Shown: positions 21,308-30,800 of the stretch, one piece after another
How positions within the stretch are numbered: position 1 is the first letter of the stretch
Layout: each line of letters opens with the position of its first letter
Assembly: GCA_027061995.1 (NCBI GenBank)
Contig: JAMOUT010000057.1
Span: 65,688-129,687 of the forward strand
DNA from: Candidatus Aminicenantes bacterium
GTDB taxonomy: Bacteria > Acidobacteriota > Aminicenantia > JAMOAD01
Length of the DNA: 64,000 nt
Direction of reading: 5' to 3'
Program-made: the position numbers and the translations under genes
The notes under the pieces: generated by a model
Databases searched by the model: none
Seen by the model: only the letters and a program-made list of their open reading frames with translations
What the model was told of the DNA's origin: nothing

Positions 21308-22738
21308 TTATAATTGGGTTTTAAAAACAAAAATATGTTTTATTAGATTTCGAGGAATGATTACTATTGTTTCTCCATTTTCTATGGTTGATTTAAGCTT
21401 TTCACCCGATAGTGTTCTGAATATCGAGTTTGCGGGAAATATTTTTTTAAGAGAGATTCTTTTTGTATTATTATTATCGGGAAAATGAAATATATGGACA
21501 GTATCAGCTTTTTTATTGAATCTTATATTCCCGAAACCATATATTTTAAAAGTTGTTGTTCCATAAATAGCTTCTCCGTTAATTTTAAGCCATTCACCAA
21601 TCTCCTTCAGTATTTTGTAAGCTTCGGGATCCCAATCACCTTCGGGTGAGGGAGCGATATTTAAAAGGAGATTTCCCCCTTTTGATACTATATCAATAAG
21701 CATTCGGATAATTTGCTCTGATGATTTATATATCGGTTTTTTAACAAAAGACCAACTTTGAGACATAGGAATACAGGATTCCCAAGGGTAGGGAATAATA
21801 TTCTCGGGGACAGTATTTTCTGGAGTCAGATAATTTTGATTCTTCCCTTCGACAGATCTGTCAACAACTATCATATCTGGCTGTTTTTCTCTGATTCTAT
21901 CAACTAATTCATCCATCTTTATATCTTGTGATACTATTCTGTGCTTAATAAAGCCTGTTTTTGATTCTTTGGCTTTTTCTTTATAAAAGTTTTCAATATC
22001 CTGTTTTGAACTCTTTGCAACCCAGCCACCGTCAAGCCATATAATATCAATCTTTCCGTAATTACTCACAAGCTCCATAATCTGATTATGGGTAAATCTG
22101 ACAAATTTATTCCAAAGCGACGGATAAGTAGCGGGATCATAATTCACATTCCTATCGAACGGTGGGAAAGAGGGGTTCCAATAGTATTCTGAGTGCCAAT
22201 CGGGTTTTGAAAAATAAGCACCCACCCAAAGCCCCTTCTTCCTGAAACTATTAAAAATCTCTTTTGTTATATCGGCTCTTTTATTTTTACCGAAGGGGCA
22301 ATCTTTAGCCGTTATCTTATAATCAGTGTATTTTGTATCAAACATGCAAAATCCGTCATGGTGTTTTGTGGTAAAGATAAGGTATTTCATGCCCGCCTGT
22401 TTCGCAGCTTTTGCCCATTTGTCGGGATTAAATTTCACAGGATTAAAACTGTTTTTAAGAGATTCATACTCCTTTTTGTATTTGAAATAGTTTTCGGGAT
22501 TTTTGCCGGTTGTTCTTTTACACCATTCATAATCTTCGGGAACAAGGGACCAAGATTCCACTATTCCCCACTGACTGTATATGCCCCAGTGCATCAAAAG
22601 ACCGAATTTCAGATTTTGCCATTTTTTGATTTTTTCTCTTACGAGAGGGTTTGAATCTGTGATATATCTATATTGTTTTGCATAAGATACGATTAAAACA
22701 GATAAAAAAATAAGGATGATGAAATATTTTTTTTTCAT
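21308..22738 (-). CDS. Secreted alpha-L-fucosidase (GH29)
   Basis: Signal peptide; KFGLLMHWGIYS, TTKHHDGFCMF, IWLDGGW nucleophile region, SKGGNLLLNI. Confidence 0.92.
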   Translation of the reverse strand: MKKKYFIILIFLSVLIVSYAKQYRYITDSNPLVREKIKKWQNLKFGLLMHWGIYSQWGIVESWSLVPEDYEWCKRTTGKNPENYFKYKKEYESLKNSFNPVKFNPDKWAKAAKQAGMKYLIFTTKHHDGFCMFDTKYTDYKITAKDCPFGKNKRADITKEIFNSFRKKGLWVGAYFSKPDWHSEYYWNPSFPPFDRNVNYDPATYPSLWNKFVRFTHNQIMELVSNYGKIDIIWLDGGWVAKSSKQDIENFYKEKAKESKTGFIKHRIVSQDIKMDELVDRIREKQPDMIVVDRSVEGKNQNYLTPENTVPENIIPYPWESCIPMSQSWSFVKKPIYKSSEQIIRMLIDIVSKGGNLLLNIAPSPEGDWDPEAYKILKEIGEWLKINGEAIYGTTTFKIYGFGNIRFNKKADTVHIFHFPDNNNTKRISLKKIFPANSIFRTLSGEKLKSTIENGETIVIIPRNLIKHIFVFKTQL

Positions 22739-22773
22739 TAAATGATAATAGCCTTGAAACCTTGTTTTGTCAA
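22736..22773 (-). promoter_or_regulatory. sigma70 promoter abutting the start codon (putative leaderless)
   Basis: TTGACA-17 nt-TATTAT-6 nt-ATG. Confidence 0.68.
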
Positions 22774-23034
22774 GGAGTTTACAGATAAAAAAAGCGCTTG
22801 CTTGGAATGGACGGAAGAGAAAAGGGGGAAAGCAAGGGGTGTTGTATATCTCTTTATAAATTTCTATTGCTGTATATATAGGGAAGTTTATTTTGTGTGA
22901 ATCTTTTCATGTCGTCATCTTGTATTTTATTAATCCTGTTTTTTTTATTATTCGATTTTTATAATAAAAACTCTAAAGTCTCGGCCTGTAAAAATTATAA
23001 ATTGCAAATGGATATTATCGGAGCAAAAAATAAG

Positions 23035-23136
23035 CGGTAAAATCTTCCGATTTTATGCATCTTATGCCGATTTATTGACATATTACTGATAAAAAGTCCC
23101 ATGAATACTTAATTATAGAATGGCATAATATTTGAT
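23035..23136 (+). promoter_or_regulatory. Putative sigma54 promoter of the flgF operon with two upstream activator-like sites
   Basis: TGGCAT-N5-TTGAT at 23121-23136 (GG-N10-GA variant); GCCGATTTATTGAC 23066-23079 and CGGTAAAATCTTCCG 23035-23049. Confidence 0.5.
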
Positions 23137-23161
23137 AATTAATTTTAATAAGGAGGTTTAT

Positions 23162-23914
23162 ATGTGGAATGGATATTATACCGCGGCATCGGGAATGCTT
23201 TCAACGATAAGACAACTTGATATTGTTTCAAATAATCTTGCCAATATATCAACCTCGGCTTATAAAAAGGATAAGATGAGTATTGAAACGATTAAGTTTA
23301 AAAACCCTTCAGCCCAATCCGATAGTTTTGATGAAATCCTGAATAATCAGGCAAGAATAGCCGGAGTATCGATTGATTTTGAGCCCGGTTCCATAAAAAC
23401 CACGACAAGAGAGCTTGATATAGCTCTTCTGAATCCCAAAGGTTTTTTTGCAGTTAAAACTGAAAACGGGATAAGATATACGAGAGACGGAGAATTTTAT
23501 ATCAATGATAAAGGGGTGCTGACAAATAAAAACGGATACATTGTTATGTCAAAATCGGATAAACCGATAAAAATAATCGGAACTAATAATAAAGTTAGTT
23601 TTAGTGAAAAAGGGGATGTTTATATAGGTGAAAATCTTATCTCCACGCTGAAAATCGTTGATTTTAAAAACAGAGTGAATTTGAGAAAAGAGGGTAAATC
23701 TTTGTTTGTCTATAATGGTAAAAAAAATGAGATATTTGAGGTGAAAGATCCTCAAGTGAGAACCGGAGCTCTTGAAAGATCCAATGTATCAATTGCAGAT
23801 GCAATGGTGGATATGATAAAAATAACAAGGATGTATGAATTTCAGCAAAGAGTGATGGACACAATTTTGACTGATATTGCCAAAAAAACAACGGATGAAG
23901 TTGGAAAACCATAA
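23162..23914 (+). CDS. flgF: Flagellar proximal rod protein FlgF
   Basis: YTAASGM, SNNLANIST, YTRDGEF, LERSNV; upstream of flgG; ATG 23162 follows AAGGAGGT. Confidence 0.85.
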   Translation: MWNGYYTAASGMLSTIRQLDIVSNNLANISTSAYKKDKMSIETIKFKNPSAQSDSFDEILNNQARIAGVSIDFEPGSIKTTTRELDIALLNPKGFFAVKTENGIRYTRDGEFYINDKGVLTNKNGYIVMSKSDKPIKIIGTNNKVSFSEKGDVYIGENLISTLKIVDFKNRVNLRKEGKSLFVYNGKKNEIFEVKDPQVRTGALERSNVSIADAMVDMIKITRMYEFQQRVMDTILTDIAKKTTDEVGKP

Positions 23915-23929
23915 ATATAGGAGGAAAGA

Positions 23930-24718
23930 ATGTTAAGAAGTTTATTTTCGGCGGCTTCCGGAATGCAAGCACAAGCTTTGAATATTGATGTTATCTCCCA
24001 TAATCTTGCAAATGTTAATACTGTTGGTTTTAAAAAATCAAGAACTGAGTTTGAAGATTTATTATATAATACTGTCAGAGAGCCGGGGGCAAAATCAACG
24101 ATAAACACTGAGATTCCAACCGGAATTCAGGTTGGTCTCGGTTCGAGAATAATAGGTGTAAACAGAGTTTTTTCCCAAGGGAATTTTAAAAGAACGGGAA
24201 ATGCTCTTGATCTTGTTATAGAGGGGGACGGTTTTTTTCAAGTTACACTCCCCGATGGCTCAATAGCTTATACAAGAAGCGGAAATTTTTCAAAAGATTC
24301 GACCGGAAGGGTTGTTACCCCCGAAGGATATCCTCTTGAACCTCCTTTGAATATACCTGCTGATGCCATAAGTGTTACTATCGGAAATGACGGAACTGTT
24401 TCTGTTATAAGTGCGGGCTCGAATACAGCCACTGAGATAGGAACCATTCAACTTGCAAAATTTATTAATCCGGCGGGTTTAAAAAGCATAGGTAAAAATA
24501 TGTATACTCAAACAACATCATCGGGGGATCCTATTTTGGGAACACCCGGACTTGAAGGTTTCGGAACTTTGGCACAAGGCTTTCAGGAACTTTCAAATGT
24601 TGATATTGTCGAAGAGCTTGTTGAGATGATTATAGCTCAAAGAGCTTATGAGACAAATGCAAGATCGATTAGAACGGCGGATGAGATGCTTAACAGAGCG
24701 ATAAATCTCGGAAGGTAA
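23930..24718 (+). CDS. flgG: Flagellar distal rod protein FlgG
   Basis: [37 protein letters not shown]. Confidence 0.96.
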   Translation: MLRSLFSAASGMQAQALNIDVISHNLANVNTVGFKKSRTEFEDLLYNTVREPGAKSTINTEIPTGIQVGLGSRIIGVNRVFSQGNFKRTGNALDLVIEGDGFFQVTLPDGSIAYTRSGNFSKDSTGRVVTPEGYPLEPPLNIPADAISVTIGNDGTVSVISAGSNTATEIGTIQLAKFINPAGLKSIGKNMYTQTTSSGDPILGTPGLEGFGTLAQGFQELSNVDIVEELVEMIIAQRAYETNARSIRTADEMLNRAINLGR

Positions 24719-24721
24719 ATA

Positions 24722-25657
24722 ATGAGATTTAAAACATTGTTTTTTATTTTTATTTTTTTAATCTCCGTGGTTTTACTGAATTCTCGGGTTATGGTTCAAC
24801 TTCACAGTAAAGCTGTAATCAAATCCGATATTATATATATGAAAGATATTGCCTCCATTTATTCAAACTACAGTAATCTTAAGGATAAAGTGGAAAAAAT
24901 AATTATCTCGAAAGGGAAAAGTATTGATAGTGTTGATAGAAAAACAATTTATATGAAACTTATCAATAACGGGATAAACGGATTTAAAGTTGTTGGTGCA
25001 AAACAAGTTGAAATATTAAAAGGGAAAAAGAGAGTATCTAATTCTTTAATGAAAAAAAAGATAGAAAATTATATAAGATCTCGGTTCGGTTATGCTTCCG
25101 ATATTAAAATAATATATCAGAAAATCCCCGATATAAAACTTCCTTCGGGAGGTAAAATAGTTTTGCAAAGATATGGAAAAGGGTTTTCAAACTCCTATCT
25201 TCTGAAAGTGCTGTTAATTAAAAACGGTAAGATTATAAAACAGGATTTTGCACAAGTATATGTGAAAATTTGGGCGAAAATTCCTGTTGCGACTAAATTT
25301 ATCCGAAGGGGGAAGATATTAACGAGTAGTGATTTCAGATGGGAAATCAGGGAGATTAATTATGGAAATTATGATTTTGCTGGAAATTCATCCCAAATAA
25401 TAGGTAAAAAAGCTCTTTATTCCATAGGCTCGGGAAATGTTATAAGAAACAAGGTATTAAGTAACAAAATATCTGTAAAAAGAGGTGAAATTATAAGAAT
25501 AATGGTTAGAATGAATGGTATTAGCATATCTACCATAGGAAAAGCTTTAACTTCAGGTATTAAAGGACAGATGATTAAAGTTGTAAATCTGAAATCAAAG
25601 AAAAAACTTGAAGGTAAAGTTATAGGGGAAAATCTTGTGGAGGTATTCGTATTATGA
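24722..25657 (+). CDS. flgA: Flagellar P-ring chaperone FlgA
   Basis: Signal peptide, SAF-like region, VKRGEII...GKALTSG...IKVVNLKSKK; between flgG and flgH. Confidence 0.85.
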   Translation: MRFKTLFFIFIFLISVVLLNSRVMVQLHSKAVIKSDIIYMKDIASIYSNYSNLKDKVEKIIISKGKSIDSVDRKTIYMKLINNGINGFKVVGAKQVEILKGKKRVSNSLMKKKIENYIRSRFGYASDIKIIYQKIPDIKLPSGGKIVLQRYGKGFSNSYLLKVLLIKNGKIIKQDFAQVYVKIWAKIPVATKFIRRGKILTSSDFRWEIREINYGNYDFAGNSSQIIGKKALYSIGSGNVIRNKVLSNKISVKRGEIIRIMVRMNGISISTIGKALTSGIKGQMIKVVNLKSKKKLEGKVIGENLVEVFVL

Positions 25658-26283
25658 AAAAGACACTGTTTTTTATTATATTTTTATATGGTTCATTAAT
25701 ATTGTTTGCTCAAGATGCTCCTGGGCATAGAACTTCCCTTTGGGATAATTCAAAATCCCTTTTTAATGACCCTAAAGCAAAAGCAATAAATGATATAGTC
25801 ATAATAAAAGTAGAAGAAAGCACAAAAGCTGAAAATTCGGCGGAAACAAAAACCAAAAAAGGTTCTTCGAGTTCTCTCGGGATTAATACATTTTTGGGGT
25901 TTGAAAAATCTCTTGCGGGAAAAATGAATCCCAATTTTGACCCCACATCAATGTTCGGTCATAGTGTTTCAAAAAAAGATGAAGGGGCGGGCTCTACAAA
26001 ATCCACGACAAAGATTCAAGGATATATAGCCGCAAAAGTTGTTGAGGTGATACCGAACGGAAATCTTATAATAGAGGCGAAAAAAGAGATAATAGTTAAT
26101 AATGAAAAACAAACAATGATTTTACGAGGGATGGTGAGGCCGAGAGATATAGATTATAACAATTTTGTATCTTCAAATGCGGTTGCTGATGTTCAGATTA
26201 TGATAAAAGGTAAAGGAGCTGTTGCGGAACAACAGAGAAGAGGATGGTTATCATGGCTTTTAAGTATTGTTTGGCCGTTTTAA
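25654..26283 (+). CDS. flgH: Flagellar L-ring protein FlgH
   Basis: SLFNDPKA...DIVIIKVEE, VVEVIPNGNLII, GMVRPRDI, GWLS...WPF. Confidence 0.92.
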   Translation: MKKTLFFIIFLYGSLILFAQDAPGHRTSLWDNSKSLFNDPKAKAINDIVIIKVEESTKAENSAETKTKKGSSSSLGINTFLGFEKSLAGKMNPNFDPTSMFGHSVSKKDEGAGSTKSTTKIQGYIAAKVVEVIPNGNLIIEAKKEIIVNNEKQTMILRGMVRPRDIDYNNFVSSNAVADVQIMIKGKGAVAEQQRRGWLSWLLSIVWPF

Positions 26284-26294
26284 GGAGAGGAAAG

Positions 26295-27386
26295 ATGAAA
26301 AAAAGGATTTTACCTGTTATTTTTTTATTTATAACAATATCCTTAATCTCCATGGAAGTAAGATTAAAAGATATCTCAACTTTCGAAGGGGTCAGGGATA
26401 ATGAATTGATAGGTTATGGAATAGTTGTGGGGCTTAATGGAACAGGGGATACAACACAAAATAAATTTACATTTCAAGCCATAGCGAATATGCTTGATAA
26501 AATGGGAGTTACCGTGGATCCCAAACAATTTCAATTAAGAAATGTTGCCTCGGTTATGGTAACGGGAAAACTTCCGATGTTTGCAAGATCAGGTTCCAAA
26601 ATAGATGTAACTGTTTCCTCTATGGGTAGTGCCAAGAGTATTCAGGGGGGGATATTATTAATGACTCCGCTTAAAGCTGCAAACGGTCAGGTTTATGCGG
26701 TAGCTCAAGGCCCTGTATCAATAGGGGGATATAATGAAGGTGGTGGTGGCGGTAATGTTCGTAAAAACCATCCTACGGTCGGAATTATACCCGGAGGGGG
26801 AATCGTGGAAAAAGAGGTTCCTTTCTCCTTTTCAAATGAGGGATATTTGAATCTTTTACTTTATAATCCGGATTTTACAACAGCATCAAGGGTGGCTGAA
26901 AGAATTAACAGTGTTTTGGGATTAAAGAGCGCAAAAGCTCTTGATTCCTCCACGATAAAAATAGATGTCCCCCCCTCTTTCCGGGGAAAAACGGTGAAAC
27001 TTGCATCAGTTATAGAAAATATAAATATAACCCCTGATTCAAAAGCTGTTATCATAATAAACGAGAGAACGGGAACAATTGTATTCGGTGAAAATGCAAA
27101 GATAAGTAAAGTTGCAATAGCACACGGAAGCCTAACAGTGGCAATTCAAACTCAACAATTTGCCTCCCAACCTCCTCCGATGTCTGGAGGACAAACCGTG
27201 GTTATGCAAAATCAAAAAACGGATGTAACCGAAGAGCAAGCATCTTTTATGATGATGGAGGGGCCTACTGTCGGTGATTTGATAAAAGCTCTAAATTCCA
27301 TAGGAGCAACACCGAGGGATATAATAGCCATACTTGAAGCTATAAAAAGAGCTGGTGCCATTAATGCGGAGTTAAAGATAATATGA
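26295..27386 (+). CDS. flgI: Flagellar P-ring protein FlgI
   Basis: RLKDI..EGVRDNELIGYGIVVGLNGTGD, INERTGTIV, GAINAEL; start moved to ATG 26295 (SD GGAGAGG). Confidence 0.96.
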   Translation: MKKRILPVIFLFITISLISMEVRLKDISTFEGVRDNELIGYGIVVGLNGTGDTTQNKFTFQAIANMLDKMGVTVDPKQFQLRNVASVMVTGKLPMFARSGSKIDVTVSSMGSAKSIQGGILLMTPLKAANGQVYAVAQGPVSIGGYNEGGGGGNVRKNHPTVGIIPGGGIVEKEVPFSFSNEGYLNLLLYNPDFTTASRVAERINSVLGLKSAKALDSSTIKIDVPPSFRGKTVKLASVIENINITPDSKAVIIINERTGTIVFGENAKISKVAIAHGSLTVAIQTQQFASQPPPMSGGQTVVMQNQKTDVTEEQASFMMMEGPTVGDLIKALNSIGATPRDIIAILEAIKRAGAINAELKII

Positions 27387-28231
27387 GTATAGGATTCGGG
27401 AAAATTCCGGTAATAGATCCATTCCTTTTGACTAATCAATCGGAAAAACTGAATTCAGTGGATTTTTCCAAACTTTCGGATAAAGAGAAAAGAGCAAAAT
27501 TAAAATTAATAGCTTCTCAGTTTGAGGAGATTATGGTAAACACCCTTTTGAAAACTTCCACCGAAGCAAACAAAGTTTTCGCAAAAGGGGATAATGAGAA
27601 TTACGGATTGAATATGGGCTTTTATAAAGATATGAATAACTATTATTTAAGCCAAAGTATAGTGGCTGAAGGGGGGCTCGGACTTCAAGATCTTATCGTG
27701 GAACAATTGATGGACAAATTAAATATAAAAAATAAAAATATTGTAGATAAACAAAATAATAATTTAATAAAAAAGGGATTAAAGTTTAATCATGAAAAAT
27801 TATCTTTTTCTCAGCCTGTTAAAGGGAGAATATCATCGGATTTCGGTTGGAGAATAGATCCTTTTGACGGAAAAAAAAGGTTTCATAATGGGGTTGATAT
27901 AGCGGCTCCCGAGGGAACACCCGTCCAATCGGTTGAAACAGGGAAAGTTGTATTTGCAGGGAGAGAAAAAGGGTATGGAAATTTAATAATCTTAGAGCAT
28001 ATAAATGGTTATAAAACATATTATGCTCATTTAAAGGAGGTGAAAGTAAAAGAGGGTGATATAATAGGAAAAGACGAGATTATAGGTAATGTTGGGAAGA
28101 CAGGGAGAGCGACGGGTCCGCATCTTCATTTTGAAATCCGAAAAGGCAGATATGTTTTAAACCCCGAGGATAAGGTTTTATCTATTAAGTTTATGAAGAA
28201 TCTTCCGATAAAGAAAACGGATGGAGGTTAG
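27383..28231 (+). CDS. flgJ: FlgJ rod-binding domain fused to an M23 peptidase
   Basis: ASQFEEIMVNTLLK...GGLGLQDLI then M23 motifs HNGVD, YAHL, TGPHLHFE. Confidence 0.75.
   Translation: MSIGFGKIPVIDPFLLTNQSEKLNSVDFSKLSDKEKRAKLKLIASQFEEIMVNTLLKTSTEANKVFAKGDNENYGLNMGFYKDMNNYYLSQSIVAEGGLGLQDLIVEQLMDKLNIKNKNIVDKQNNNLIKKGLKFNHEKLSFSQPVKGRISSDFGWRIDPFDGKKRFHNGVDIAAPEGTPVQSVETGKVVFAGREKGYGNLIILEHINGYKTYYAHLKEVKVKEGDIIGKDEIIGNVGKTGRATGPHLHFEIRKGRYVLNPEDKVLSIKFMKNLPIKKTDGG
28185..28211 (+). promoter_or_regulatory. sigma28 (FliA) promoter for flgM, inside the flgJ 3' end
   Basis: TTAA-15 nt-TCCGATAA. Confidence 0.65.
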
Positions 28232-28233
28232 TG

Positions 28234-28545
28234 ATGATAAAGATATTTAAAACAACCGATATTAAGAACAATGGAATAACCGATAAATCTGTAAAAGATT
28301 CCAAAAACAAGAATGATAATTTAAAAACGGGAAATTTTTTAAACCCGAACAATGATATAGTGGATATCTCAGGTCTGAGTGAAATTTTTTCCACTGCAAA
28401 AAAAGAGATGGAAAACATACCGGATATACGGGAAGATAAAATCAATCTTTTAAAACAAAAGATAGAAAACGGTGAATATAATATAGATGAAACCAAAGTA
28501 GCGGATAAAATTATAGAAAATCATATAATTGATGAACTTGTATAG
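28234..28545 (+). CDS. flgM: Anti-sigma28 factor FlgM
   Basis: DIVDIS, IREDKINLLKQKIENGEYNIDETKVADKI; ATG 28234 is better spaced from GGAGGT than GTG 28231. Confidence 0.9.
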   Translation: MIKIFKTTDIKNNGITDKSVKDSKNKNDNLKTGNFLNPNNDIVDISGLSEIFSTAKKEMENIPDIREDKINLLKQKIENGEYNIDETKVADKIIENHIIDELV

Positions 28546-28554
28546 AGGTAAAAC

Positions 28555-28875
28555 ATGTCTGATGTTGGAAAAGTTAGTAGAAATACACCGAAACCTTTTC
28601 CGACCATAAGAAAATCAAATGACCCTTTAAAACCTGAAACAGGTGAGGTCGAATTCTCCCAATATATGGCTGAAACGGATGAAATAAAGAGGAAAGTCGT
28701 TGAAAGTGCTGCGGAAACAGAAGGTTCCGTAATAAGAGAAGAAGAGAGAAGAAAAAAATTAAGATTAAAATCCAAAAAAAAGGATACTGAAGATGACAAA
28801 GAGATGGAAGAATATGAAACAGAAGGAGATGATGAAAATGATGATGAAGGAAAGATTGTGGATTTAGAGGTATAA
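28555..28875 (+). CDS. Hypothetical highly charged protein in the flagellar operon
   Basis: SD GAGGT; fills the gap between flgM and flgN; acidic tail ending GKIVDLEV. Confidence 0.7.
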   Translation: MSDVGKVSRNTPKPFPTIRKSNDPLKPETGEVEFSQYMAETDEIKRKVVESAAETEGSVIREEERRKKLRLKSKKKDTEDDKEMEEYETEGDDENDDEGKIVDLEV

Positions 28876-28876
28876 A

Positions 28877-29356
28877 ATGGAAGAAAAAATATTTAAAGAA
28901 TTGTATCTTTTTATGAAAGATTATTTGAAAGTTTTAATAGAATCTTATGAGGAGAGTTTAAATTTAAGAAAGATTTTAAGAGAGAATAAAATAGAGAGAA
29001 TTGAAAGAATGATTCCGAGAATAGAAAATTTTGACATTAAAATTAAGATGCTTGAAAATACAAAAAACAGTTTACTGTCAAAACTCGCTAAAGCACTAAA
29101 TATAAATGTCGGAAGCATAGATTGGGAACTTGTCGGAAACAGAGGGGGGAAGGAGATAGCAGAACTCGGTAAATTAATCGAAGAAAAAGTAAAGAATCTT
29201 GTAGATGCTAATATTGTGAATAAAATAATTATCGAAAGACTGATAATGTTTAACAGTTCTCTTCTTAATGTTATAAGAAATGACGGGGATTCATTATACA
29301 GTTCCGACGGTAATATTAACTCTTCTCATGAGAATTCGATGTTAGAGGAGGTTTGA
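28877..29356 (+). CDS. flgN: Flagellar export chaperone FlgN
   Basis: Helical 159 aa, NxxN...YSSDG tail, directly upstream of flgK. Confidence 0.7.
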   Translation: MEEKIFKELYLFMKDYLKVLIESYEESLNLRKILRENKIERIERMIPRIENFDIKIKMLENTKNSLLSKLAKALNINVGSIDWELVGNRGGKEIAELGKLIEEKVKNLVDANIVNKIIIERLIMFNSSLLNVIRNDGDSLYSSDGNINSSHENSMLEEV

Positions 29357-29357
29357 T

Positions 29358-30797
29358 ATGGTAGGATTATTTAGTTCTCTTGAACTTGCTAAAAAGAGTC
29401 TTATGACTCATCAGTTTGTTTTTCATGTTATAGGGCATAATATAGCTAATGTTAATACACCTGAGTATTCAAGGCAAAGAGTTGAACTCGGAGTTGTCAG
29501 ACCTTTTCGACTCGGAGAAAGGACTGTTGGTGTTGGAGTTGATGTTCTCGGTGTTCATGGTGTCCGAGATAAATATCTTGAATACCAAATACAAAAAGAG
29601 GTTCAGGGAAGGGGTGAAGCTTCATATATGTCGGGAAGTTATAAAATAATAGAATCAATTTTTCAAGAACAAACGGATACCGGAATTTCAAAGATAATGG
29701 GGAATTTTTTTAATTCATGGAATGATTTAACCGTGAATCCGACGGGTCTTCCCGAAAGATCGACCGTTTTAAATAATGGTAAGGTTCTTGCGGACAAAAT
29801 AAAAGAGGCTTACAGAAGATTAAAGGAACAACAGGCGGTTGAAAACGGAGATGTTTCATCAATGGTAAAAGATATTAATGAGACCGGAAAGGAGATAGCA
29901 AAACTTAATATGGAGATAGCGAGCGGAGAAGCCGGCGGAGAAGAGATGAATGATTTAAGAGACAGAAGAAACAAACTTTTGCAGGATTTGGGAGAAAAAG
30001 TCGGAATTAATGTTTATGAAAATGAGATGCATCAGGTAACAGTTGAAATAGCTTCAAGACCTTTTATCGTTGGAAACAATTTAAATGAGCTTTCCGTTCA
30101 AAGGAATGCAAGCAATTCAAATTATTATGATATATATATTAATGAATCGGGTCATGTTGTGAATATAACCAATCAGATAGACGGTGGAGCAATGAAAGGT
30201 CTTATAACAATGAGAGATTCGAGAATCCCCGAATATCTGACAAAATTGGATAATCTTGCTTATGGTTTGATTACAAATGTCAACAATCTTCATAGCGGAG
30301 GGTTTGATTTAAACGGTAATACCGGAGTTAATTTTTTCACCCCCTTTGTTCCTACTACCCCCGGAGATTACACCGGAGCAGCCGCTCTTATTGAGGTAAA
30401 TCCCGCTATTGCATCTGATCCCGAAGCTGTTGCAGCTTCTTCTGTCGCGGGGGAAATCGGTAATAATACCGTAGCTCTTCAAATAGCTGATCTTGAAAGA
30501 GCGTATAATACGGTTGATAGTGATAATGACGGAACTTTTGATTATGGGACATTCCATGATTATTATCATCAACTTGTAACAAGTGTGGGAGCCGAGGCAT
30601 TAAACTCTTATACGAGAGAAACAGCGGAGGGCGAAATAATAACAAATCTTCAGGATAGAAGAAGTGAAGTCTCATCGGTTTCTCTTGATGAAGAGAGTGC
30701 CACACTTATTCAGTTTCAAAAAGCTTATCAAGTGATGGCAAGATTTATGGGGGTCGTGGATAAAATGACCGATATAATGATTAATCTCGGGAGGTAA
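29358..30797 (+). CDS. flgK: Hook-associated protein FlgK
   Basis: GHNIANVNTPEYSRQRV, NDLRDRR, VSLDEE...FQKAYQ. Confidence 0.95.
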   Translation: MVGLFSSLELAKKSLMTHQFVFHVIGHNIANVNTPEYSRQRVELGVVRPFRLGERTVGVGVDVLGVHGVRDKYLEYQIQKEVQGRGEASYMSGSYKIIESIFQEQTDTGISKIMGNFFNSWNDLTVNPTGLPERSTVLNNGKVLADKIKEAYRRLKEQQAVENGDVSSMVKDINETGKEIAKLNMEIASGEAGGEEMNDLRDRRNKLLQDLGEKVGINVYENEMHQVTVEIASRPFIVGNNLNELSVQRNASNSNYYDIYINESGHVVNITNQIDGGAMKGLITMRDSRIPEYLTKLDNLAYGLITNVNNLHSGGFDLNGNTGVNFFTPFVPTTPGDYTGAAALIEVNPAIASDPEAVAASSVAGEIGNNTVALQIADLERAYNTVDSDNDGTFDYGTFHDYYHQLVTSVGAEALNSYTRETAEGEIITNLQDRRSEVSSVSLDEESATLIQFQKAYQVMARFMGVVDKMTDIMINLGR

Positions 30798-30800
30798 AAA

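Noticed and set aside
22780..23030. Purine-rich then T-rich intergenic stretch as a riboswitch (for example c-di-GMP) ahead of the flagellar operon
   Set aside because: No recognisable riboswitch core motifs or convincing stems were found by eye.
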